Origin: Paraspadella gotoi | Lineage: Eukaryota > Animalia > Chaetognatha | Assembly (NCBI GenBank): GCA_051294375.1 | Contig: CM119266.1 | Coordinates: 13,810,078 to 13,874,077, forward strand | Direction: 5' to 3' | DNA: 64,000 nucleotides | In this document: positions 52,750 to 64,000 of the stretch, one piece after another | Position numbering within the stretch: the stretch's first letter is position 1 | Layout of the letters: each line of letters starts with the position of its first letter | Made by a program: the position numbers and the translations under genes | The notes under the pieces: generated by a model | What the model was told of the DNA's origin: nothing | What the model saw: only the letters and a program-made list of their open reading frames with translations | The model's database searches: none

Positions 52750-53139
52750 CTAACGGCTTTGTTTCGGTTTAGCGAGTCGAGAAATTTTGGGTCTCGGAAT
52801 AATTAGTAGAATTGGGAAGTCGGTCGGTCGGTCGGCGAAAAATGACTTTGAGGCGCGGAGACGGAGCCAACTGTCAACTCGGAGGAAACAAAAGGCGTTC
52901 GAATCGGAAAACAGTTTCCGAGTCGACGATTGAGAAAGAGGGCGCTCTCGATAATCCGCAGAAACTGAGGCTTCTGTGAACGAGTTGCGCTGTTTCCTAT
53001 CGAAAACAAAAACTGAGGCGACAGTTTTTTTTCATCATACTGGTTATTTCCGATTTTATCTAATTTTTTTGAGGTAATTCATAGTGATAAGGAATTTAGT
53101 AGTACTGTTACGTATACTACGATCTCTTACCCCCCCACA

Positions 53140-53196
<57 letters not shown>

Positions 53197-53505
53197 CTCT
53201 TCTCTCTCTCTCTTCTGCAATCCTCAAACGAAAACGAGAGCAAGCCAAAAAAGAAAGATTAACAGAAGCAGCGACCCTGATGTACAAGGAAAGAAAAAAA
53301 GACAAAAAAGCCAAAAACTACCTCCCTGAATCCTGACTTGATTGAATATCTCTCTCTCTTTTTCCTCGTATTTATTTTTGCCCTTTTTTTTCTTCCCCTC
53401 GGGAAAGGTAGTTTCTCAGAATGTTGAACCCTTGAAGGAGCAGGTAGGGAAAGGCAGGAACCGTCGGCGTTTGTTGCGTCGAGGCTCTCTCTCTCTCTCT
53501 CTCTC

Positions 53506-53573
<68 letters not shown>

Positions 53574-54681
53574 CTTGTGATCGCGATCCAACGAACTTCG
53601 ACCTCTTTTTTTTCCCGTTTTTCCCCGCAAATCCGAAGGATAGAGATTCGATGCATAGATCTGCATCGAACGACATTACCATATGAAAGGTTGCTGCTGC
53701 CGCCGCTGCCGCTGCCGCCGACGCCCCCTTCGTTCTTCGCTACCTCCATTTCCGGTCGACGATCTCAGACGCCTCTGACGCCCCGTCCCTCCCACTCTCA
53801 GATAATAGCGAGAAAAAAAAAGGAGAGGCGCACAATGCGAGACGTCCCGAGAGGTGCGTTCTTCTTCTTGAGATTTCCGGTTTGTGTTTTTGATCTTGAA
53901 ACGTCGTCCGAACTGAGGTTTAGGTAATTGGCAGAAATGAAAAGAGTCGTAAAAGTCGTAAACATCGTTTGTGGATGTCGGAGTTAACAACTGTGTGACG
54001 CTGAACATTGAACAAATATAAATCCAGAAAAATATGAAAACTTAAAAAAAAAGGAAAAAATTGCCAATATATATGAAGTTGGTACAACCAATATAAAAAT
54101 TATCCATTCATTTAATAAATAAGCTATCTTGCCCCTGACTTTGGACAGGCTTTGGTGGTTTAAGGCCTCCATCACTCTTACAAGATAATTACATAGCAAG
54201 GTCCCTGCAAGCTTTCAATCAAGACTCTCTCACAGTCCCGTTTATTCACTCCCGTTTATTCAGGATATATTATTAAATACCTCCCAAACGTAATGGTTGC
54301 TCCTTGTCATAAAGAATAAAAACGAAAAGTTTTTGAAACTATTTTTTTTAAAATTAAACAAACCTTCGTTCAGGTAAAAAAAAATAACGAAATAACCTTT
54401 CATCTCGTTCCCGACGCCGAGAATTCCAGAAGCGTAACGAAGAGTAACTAATTCCGTCCGAATCGGCGCCGCGGGATTAATAGCGGTGTCTCGAGACCGG
54501 CGCCGATGCCGCCAGATGTCGTCATCGTCATCGCGGACGGCGGCGTCGTCGTCATCATCGTTTTTTGCTTTGTTCGGAGGTTCGTCGTCTTCGTCGTCGT
54601 CGTCATCGTCGTCTGTTTTGTATGTTACTTTGTTCTAGTCGTCATCGTCGTCGTCATTGTCGTCTTTGTTAAGGTCGAAAC

Positions 54682-54882
<201 letters not shown>

Positions 54883-55588
54883 AGAAGAGAGAAAGAGAGA
54901 GAGAGATATTTTGAGACAGAAAAAACCCCATCCTGAATGAATCCTTCTTAACTATTACGACTCCCCACAATATCTTCCAACCCCGTCTTCAGCGCCCTCT
55001 TTCCCCAACTCTTTTATTGTGGCGAAGACGTCATTTTTTGGCCGATTTAGCGCGAGGAGGCGCTCGTGTCGCGGCGTCTCGAAAGGCGCTCCGCCGGGTT
55101 CCGGCAACCCCGGCCGCGTTCCGTCCTCATACTCAACAAATCCATCACAAACACGACGTCGGCCGGCTGTCGGTCGGCTTGGCGGTCGGATGTCGGCGTG
55201 CGGGAGCGGTTTGGCGGCCCGCCGGTCTCGCCGAAGATCTTCCTCGCCAGTCAAAAGGGCAAAGGTTCAAAAACAAAAGATGGATGAAATACAACGGAGG
55301 TCGCTGACCTTTTTGAACGCGAGCTTTTTGTTTTTCTTTGTTTATTTTATTAAAAAGAAATTTATACGTATAAAAAAGTAAACAACGACAGGAAAGAAAA
55401 GAAGGAAAGGAGAAGAGACAATTTTAAAAAAGAAAGACGGAGAGAAAGAAAGAAGAAAGCCAAGAAAGTAGGAATGAAAGAAAGAAAACTAAAAAAAAAA
55501 ATGAATGGAGATAACAAGTCCAGCAGCGCAGAAAAAGAGTAGTTAAAGAGTAACGCAATTGAATTTCAAAGAGAGAAACAGAAAACGC

Positions 55589-55670
<82 letters not shown>

Positions 55671-57170
55671 TTATCATACGTCTCACGAAGAAGAGAAAGA
55701 GAGAAAAATATTTTTTTCGCCTCGCCAGCGGAAAAACCTGATGAAAAGGGTGAAGGCGTCGGCGAGGAGTTGACGACGGGGTGAGGCTACTTTGGGCGAA
55801 GGATGTTGGACAGGAGGAGGGTAAGTTCCGTCGAAGACAAATGCTTCGCGGGAGCGAGAGAGCGTTAAACTCGTCAAGGATATGAAAATGGACGTCACCT
55901 GCTCCCGCTCGGGGACTTTGGCCGGAAAATGGAAGAGAGAAAGAGAGAGTTTTGGTAAAAAAAAAAAAAAGAGAAAAAGAGAGTGGGCGAGAAGGTGGAA
56001 TAAAGATTCGAAAAAACCATGGAAATTGAGATCGAGGCGATGGTTAGATTGATTTTAATCTTTTTATTTATTACGCCCAGGGAATTAAAACTGAAATGTA
56101 AGTATGAGGCTTTAAAAAAAAATAGTTTAGAATTTTTTTTTTATTTTTTCCTTCGAAACGTCCTTTGATTACAAAAAGAATTTCTCAAAGATTCAATAAA
56201 TAAGCTATCTTGTCCCATCATCAGATAATAATATTAACATATTGATAGCATTTTTCGGAAAATTTATCCAACGAAAGCATTCGTATTAATTATAATATCG
56301 CGTTCGCCTGTCGCCTGATGAATGACGCTCGATTGACGCCAGAAGAACGTTGACGCGATGACATTGGATGATTGCATCGCTTCTCGCCACCTGCCACATT
56401 TTCTTATTGAAAAGATGTCGGTTGGTTTACATCTGATAAGTTATCGAGGCTGATTCTATTAAATTATCCTATGTTGTAATATAACTCCTATTCTCACTCA
56501 GAAAAATTATATTTAAAAACTGTTTTCATTTTTGGTTGATATCTGCATGAGCTCCACAACCTTAATTAAAATATACCGAGGGTCTGCGCTGTTTTAGGTG
56601 CCATAATATTAAAATTTTAGTTTTTCTTTGTGACAATTCGGCGAGCCTAAATTTGTACGAGACGATAACTTAAATTCTCTTTTTTTCAACTAAATTTTGT
56701 AAACAATGCTCAAAGGAATCTTTACGCATTATTATTCTATATAAAACGCAACAAGAACGAATTTTTTATATTTTCTCCAAAAAAATTTCAATGTTGACTC
56801 CGCCATCTTGAAAACTCTGTCTTCGCTCGAGACGAGTTTTTACTTTTGGAGTCAGAAAAACAATCGAGAATTTTTTTTTTTTCCTGTTTTTCTCTTTCCT
56901 TTTAAAATTTTCTCCGAAATTTCTCATTTTCTCGGTTTTATTTTTTCCCTAATTTTTTTACAACGTAGTTTTCGTCGCTTTTTTCGTCTTATTCTATTTT
57001 TTATTAAATATATTTTCGTGAAATTGACTTTCGATCCGTCGCATTAATGAAGTGTAACAGACTTGGATTTCACACACTTCGGTTTGTAAGCCAAAGTTGT
57101 AATCTAACTCGGACCGGTTTGAAACAAAATTAAAACCGAACTCAAATTGTTCCGTCACCAAAATTCGCCG

Positions 57171-57265
<95 letters not shown>

Positions 57266-58569
57266 GCTTTTCTCTTCCTTCACTAACACAGCTCTCTTCC
57301 CTTCAATGTTCCATCCATTAAACATTCATTCCGGGCTGCGGCCCGCTGCTCGAGACCCCCGGGCTGTTTCTAACCCTTTCACCACCACTGCCACTCCCGA
57401 AACTTTTCCTCGAAACTACCCCGCCCCCCCCAAATAGACCGCTTGAGGCTTCCCTTTTTTTATCCTTTCTTCTTGTTCCATGTCACAAACAAGGAAGTCG
57501 TTTGGATTTTAATGCCGAAGAGTTTTGTCACAGACTTTGAGCGTCTATCATTAGTGGCTCCTTCTCTATCAACGAGAAATCAGTTTCTCTTGTATTCTTT
57601 TATTTCTGGTAACTCTTTTTGCGGTGCAATTTTCGCTCTCGATGAGGGGCGGCGAGAGCTGGCGGCGGACCCCTCTCCATAATTTTAGTTTTTAGTTTTC
57701 GATTACCGACTTTCGGACTTGAAAATTGCTCTTTCCTTCTTTTTTACTCGCTTCTGACGGGACCCCACGGTTCCACCTGTGTCCCCCCCTCTCGCCGCCC
57801 CTGTCTCTAAGTACCTGGTCGCGAACTCATGCCTCCTTTGATTTCTCGCTTTTTCATTCCCTTCATTCACTCCCTTTTTCATTCCCCTTTAAACAAATTG
57901 GAGCGAATGTTTTTCACACCTTGACCCAATATTTATTTTATATATTGGATGGTTTCTGAAGATATCACATGGTACTCGTTGCGCAAAATTCAAGTTGAGT
58001 AGTTTATTTCATGTCAAAAATTTGATGCAATATGTTTCTTTCTCAATATGTTTCTTTCTCAACTCTTTATGGTTTAATGTCCCTCCGCAGTCAACGCTGA
58101 AAGATTAATGTCATGGCCAGAAGTAGTTTTTTTTCGAGTTTCATTAGAGTGATTGTGTTTTTGTTTTGTTAATCCCTTCTTTTTAGTTTTGTTCAAATAA
58201 AAATTGAGATAATTCTGGACATCCTAAATAGTTTCAACAAGGCTTCGAAAATATTCATAACCTTAATCCCTTTTTTGTAACGGCAAAAGTTGTACGAGAT
58301 TGTTATCGACATTCCTCTCGAGACACGACGGTCAAACGCTCTCACGCCCCCTTTCCTCCTCCTTCACGCGCTCCCTCTCCTCACGCGGCCACGCCCCGGA
58401 GCCGATTAACGCGTTTCCGGTCGCGAGAGCGTCATCGCATTTCCGGCGTCGGTCACCTAGCAAAGAGCGTTCGAAGAGGCACGCGAGAAGAACACGGGAA
58501 AGAGCACGCCAATCAAAGGTAAAGCCGGAGACTTTGGGTGAGATTGGAAAGGAAGAAAGAGAAGAGAGA

Positions 58570-58628
<59 letters not shown>

Positions 58629-58756
58629 AGAGAGGAGAGAGAGACCGTGTCCAGGCCTTCGTTCCGCACCGGTCGGCAAACCGAGAGTGATCCGGTTTTA
58701 CAGTGAGGCAGTTTATTATTCGCGCCGAGAAATAAATCACTTCGTCGCCTCTTGCA

Positions 58757-58799
<43 letters not shown>

Positions 58800-59517
58800 C
58801 GACAATGTGATCAACGAAGCTTTCGACGAACGAGAACCATTGCGTCTGATCCAAAGTCATTTGCTTTAAAGCGCAAACGTGATGACAGTTGGAACATCAT
58901 TGGTCACTGAGCAATGCTCAAGAATTTCGGCTTAATTAACGCGAGTTTTCTGTTTGAGAAGCTTATTTGTGTTGCTTTATGTTAATTTCCATTTCTCCTT
59001 TTGTGAGATACTTTGGTCTCACTCTATCGAGGACGAGCAGTCTAAAGTTGCCCTTTTCGACTGTTTTAACATGGGCCCGAATAGAAACTTTATTCGCCAA
59101 AATTCTACCAGAGACCCGCATCGGGTACAACGTTTGGAAAAGGAATCGTGAGCTCTCACGAAAGTAAAAATATTGACCTGAGATCACTTTGAATAGTGGT
59201 CATTTTATAATGACCCGAACAAGTCTTTAGAAAGTAAAGGACGGATTATTCTTCCAATCTTTCTATCTTTTTTTGGTTTTACTATCCTCCTCAATCCTCT
59301 CGTTCTATTTTGTTCTCTCACCAAATGCAGCGAATCTCCGCTGCCTCCTGCGGCCAACCGGTTCAGGGCGAAACCGGATCTTGAGCGAGAGAATTCTCGC
59401 CTTTGCGTATCCGCCGCCATCCGCCAACGCCACCGCCGCCACAACGCCTCTGGGTCCGGACGATAATTTGATTGCGGCTGGATTAGTAGACCCTTCGATG
59501 TTAATGCCCTGGCTCCG

Positions 59518-60857
59518 ACTGATCAGTAAGGCGTAGTGAAAATTCTAAAAGTCAATTATGAACAACATACCATTAGTGAATATTAATTTTGTAAAAAAAA
59601 ATTAATTTAATGTTTTTTAATTTTCGCAGTAGGCTATATTTATATATATATTATCCTTATAAAATCGAAAAATTTCAAAAATAGGCTTTTCTTTAATTTT
59701 TGATTGCAGATTTGAATTCCTCGTCAAAAGTTGATAAAAGAAAAAATATAATCAGACTAAGCTCTGACGAAAAAAGTCAAAGGTTTTTTTAATATATTCT
59801 TTGGCCGGCCAATGTAGAATGATGGCAATATTGCTATTTTTAAGTTTTCAAAAAAATCCGACTTTAAATATAAAAATATTAACCAAAATCTTCGGAAAAT
59901 CCACCCTTCTTTGGAAGAGATTTCGCCATATAAGATTTTTTCCGAATCTGAACTCCCGGTTGAAAACTCTGTAGAATTCCGATCGTTAGCTCCTCTTTTA
60001 CTTTTACTTTAAATAAAAATTTCACCAAAATGGATTAATTCATTTTACCATGATCGTATCATATTTAAAATAACCAAATAAAATGTAAAGAAAAATTTTG
60101 AGAGCCCTTCAGACATATGGCTATCGGATTCCTGAATTCGAAGTTTATTGTAAAATGACAACATACCTTAAATGCCGTTGACATTGTATTGAAGCTTGAG
60201 AAATCCCTTATTTATATATAAAATCTGCAAGCAAATATTTTCCCGAGCGGACCAGTCCATTTGAATTGGATTGTTCGATGTCAAGAGAAAAAAAAATGCA
60301 AGCCCTTGAGATGTAACAGGATCGCGAATCGAGTGTTTTTACATCTATTTTTACCTGAATTTTTCCCAGGGGCGTTGACATTATTTGGTAGTCAGATTTT
60401 AACAAAAATCTCCATTGAAAAAGTCTTCCTCGATTTCTAAGAACGACGTTTAGACTCCTAAATATAAAATCATTTTTAAAAATTCTTTCATTAAGTGGGT
60501 TAAAAATTAAAAAAACTATATTTAATATATAAAAAGTTAATTTTCAGCTTAAAATATAGCTTTTTCTAATTTTTGACCCACTTTAATGAAGGAATTTTTC
60601 AAAAAGAGTTATATTTCCTTTATCCATTTTTTATGACGAATCCAAATCTGCAAAAAAATCTTTAGAAAAAACTGTTTTGAAATTTTAACATTTATTGTGT
60701 TTAGTACTAGTATAAATATGGCCCACTGCGTAAATTGTAAAATTTATTATAATTTTTTTATACATAAATGTTCATAAGTATAATGTTGTTCGTTCCTCAC
60801 TTTTAGAATTTTAATTAAAGTTAAACTTAGGAATTTTACTACGCCTTACTGATCAGT
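59518..60857. mobile_element. Non-autonomous DNA transposon / foldback-type element with long imperfect TIRs (~1.34 kb)
   Basis: Perfect 20-bp inverted termini ACTGATCAGTAAGGCGTAGT. Imperfect inverted similarity continues ~230 bp inward (e.g. TGCAGATTTGAATTCCTCGTCAAAA vs the reverse complement of 60630-60655). AT-rich interior with no transposase ORF; TSD not resolved. Confidence 0.75.
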
Positions 60858-61109
60858 GGACAGAGCGGTCGGTCGGTCCATCTTGATGAGTTTTTAAAAA
60901 GTATTGAAAAAAAAAATGGGCGGAAGAGAGGAGGGGAATTTCTCCCAGAAGGACATATATTATATTATATTATTATATTATATTATTATATTATATTTTC
61001 CTTAGAAATAATTACCTTTTGAGTTGAAGTAAAAGTTAACGCTTATCAGACCTCATGTAAACCGCACTCGTTGACAGGGTTTCCTCTTCCTTCCATAAAT
61101 GATTGTATG

Positions 61110-61178
<69 letters not shown>

Positions 61179-61179
61179 T

Positions 61180-61228
<49 letters not shown>

Positions 61229-63436
61229 GCATTCTAATCACGCAGTGCATCCCCCGCAATGACTTCCGGTGACTTCGCAGTTTAGCCTAGAATGATGCGG
61301 AAGGCTACGCAAGTACGCCTAGAACTGGCGCAAAGGAATGGCAGAATTCGCGGCGAAAAATGCAGCAAAAATGCTTGCGAACGACTGAGGAATAGACGAA
61401 GAAAGAGACGTGCAGCAAACGACGCGATAACCGCCGACGGCAACGACTGAGATGGGGGTGGGGGGGGGTGGTTAAATTACGAGGCGGAAATTCGGTCGGG
61501 TTGGAGGAGGAGGGGGCGCTCCGACGCGTCATTATCTTCGCTTTATTCTCGCCCGGGGTCTAGATTTCGACGTCGAATCAGCAGCTGTCTGTCGCTACCG
61601 ACTGTTTACGCCGTTGCCGGCTGCCGAACTTGCCGCCGCATAACATTCCAAAATGTAAAGGCGACGAATTCTAAATGACAATCAAGATTCCGCCATTTTA
61701 TTATGAGAAAAAAAATTGTCTGCTCTGTCGTCTCTTTTGATGCCAAACCTTCACAGAGTCAAGAACGAGATCCATTTTCCTCGTTTCCTGTAATATCCAT
61801 CGCGAGTCTTCTCATGTGATTTTGTCGTTTACTAAGAGAGAGACGACGACGACGACGACGATAACGACGATGACGAGGAAGCCACGGATTGCCTCGTCTT
61901 TTCTCGTTTGCCTGAGTCAAAGAATGCTGCTTGTGGAAAATTAATCCAATTCCCGCCAATAATCAATCCAATTATGGGCCACAAATTCGTGCTCAATGAG
62001 GACATTGACTTGGATAACCGCGGCATTGACAATTGGTAATTTACTTTTATCAATAAGACACCTACTTCATTCTGGAGTGATATTGAAAAAAAAATTTAAA
62101 AAAAACTACATGATTTTTATACAAATTATTAGTTAGCAAAACGTTTTCGTTGACTTTAAGAAATGTACGATACAAAAAGCCTAACAGTATGATGACAATG
62201 GCCCTCAAGTCGTATACGGTAAGAGATTTAGTGATATGATATGATTTATTTTAACCCCGTTTAAAACCCGTTTAGTAAAGACGAAATTTCCATCTTAATC
62301 AAATTTAATTTAATCGGACGCAAAACAAGATGAAACAAAATGTAATTTTTATTGTGTATATTTCTTTTATTTTAAAAGTAGGCGACAAAAAAAAAACCCC
62401 AATTAACGATGTAATCGATAAGATTCCCAATTAGCATAAAAAACCATTACGAAAATATTTCGCCGATGTCGCTGACGTAAAAAAAAGAAGTGGAAGAAAA
62501 GAAGATGATGGTGGCGGTGAAAGTGGAGGAGGTGGCGGAGAACGAAAAAAAGTAAATGTAGACTAAAGCTAAAAGACAAAAATAAAGGAAAAACGAACAA
62601 AATAAGTCGTAGACATCGAGGGGATGTCATCTGCGGAAAATTGGATTTCTGTCAACAGCCTACTTCTTCGCGGCAACGACGACGACGACGACGACGATGG
62701 ATACAACAACAACTCAACGACTTTCGTTGTAGCAAAGTTGACATCTTGGCGAAGGGGGGGGGGGCGAAGAGAAAAAAAACGACGACGACAGCAAAGCGTA
62801 TCCGATATTTCTTTTTTTTACTGAATTAATCTTTATGATACTTTTTCTCTACTTAAGAAAGAATCATAAACTTGGTAAGTTCACCTCCGTCATGATACCC
62901 CTATCTCTCTTTTTTTTTTTNNNNNNNNNNNNNNNNNNNNNNNNNAGAAGAGAGAGAGAGGAAAGAAGAGGGAGAGATAAAATAGTTATCGCCACCGCAC
63001 GGCGGTACGACAGAATTCCATTAAAATATCACCTTGCTCTGAAGGATACATAGTTCTCATTCCTTTCGCAAGCTACACAATGCTACCCATTTTTACTCAT
63101 TTTTATACGGATTAACCGCTCTGTTCGCCACAATAACCTATTACCTCTGATACAAAAACTAACTACATCGTCCACATATTATAGGACCTTGCACGCACCC
63201 CGCACTACACCCGCAGCGACATCTCGTCGTCTTGCGTCCCGTAACGACTGAGATAACCTCACGCGCGCGAGAACAGATGGTCCATTAAGGCGAACGGGGT
63301 TCTTGCGATGCTGAGATTACGATTATATGAGGAGCGCGGCGCATTAGGCACGCCCACCTCTCCTCATAGGGCTGGGTATTAAATGTAAATAAGAAAAGAT
63401 AGAGAAGAGAGAGAGAGGAGAGAGAGAGAGAAGAGA

Positions 63437-63474
<38 letters not shown>

Positions 63475-63613
63475 GCAGAGAGAGAGGAAGAGAGAAGAGA
63501 GATGAGATTGTCAAGACGAGGAGAAAAATTAGATAATTTATTCTATAGATGTTTTTCGTGGATAATAGCAACGATGGGCGACGATCCGCGCGTGCTATGA
63601 AGAGAGAGAGAGA

Positions 63614-63674
<61 letters not shown>

Positions 63675-63819
63675 GAGAGAGAGAGAGCGTTTAGAAACGA
63701 GAAAATTATCTTTCTAGCAAATTTTTTCCTCCTGGTGAAACATTTCCTCCTGGTCTGACGATAACAAACGAAAATATCAATTAGAAGAGACACGATAAGG
63801 AGCAAGAAATGAATAAGAA

Positions 63820-63855
<36 letters not shown>

Positions 63856-63862
63856 AAAGAAA

Positions 63863-63895
<33 letters not shown>

Positions 63896-64000
63896 AAAAA
63901 GAGAAAGTTCTTTCTTTCTTTCTTTCTTTCTTGCCTCCTTATCTGTCTCTCTAATTTTTATCATCTTTGTTTTTTCTTTTTTTATTATCGTCAGACCAGG

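Overview
Eukaryotic (animal, probably invertebrate) genomic DNA from a gap-filled draft assembly. It has AT-rich intergenic DNA full of (AG)n, (AAAG)n and (GAC)n microsatellites and GC3-rich exons with GT-AG introns. Three spliced genes on the minus strand could be reconstructed with consistent intron phases. (1) A 4-exon, ~907-aa classical-type cadherin with only ~4 EC repeats and no EGF/LamG domains; its cytoplasmic tail has a clear beta-catenin-binding motif fused in frame to a calmodulin-like 4-EF-hand module. This is the main finding. (2) A 3-exon, ~433-aa P-loop GTPase with a C-terminal RBR-RING2-like Cys module. (3) A 2-exon, ~542-aa membrane-anchored HxxxDG CoA-dependent acyltransferase. 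Also present: a decayed Ty3/gypsy pol fragment, two tRNA-Arg(UCG) copies, two tandem EamA/SLC35G-like transporter genes (frameshifted), DINE-1/HINE-like hairpin elements, a probable tRNA-derived SINE, a long-TIR non-autonomous DNA element and microsatellite-bounded tandem duplications. Two long palindromes lie next to 25-N gaps and are probably fold-back chimera artefacts. All calls come from reading the sequence by eye; no database searches were run.
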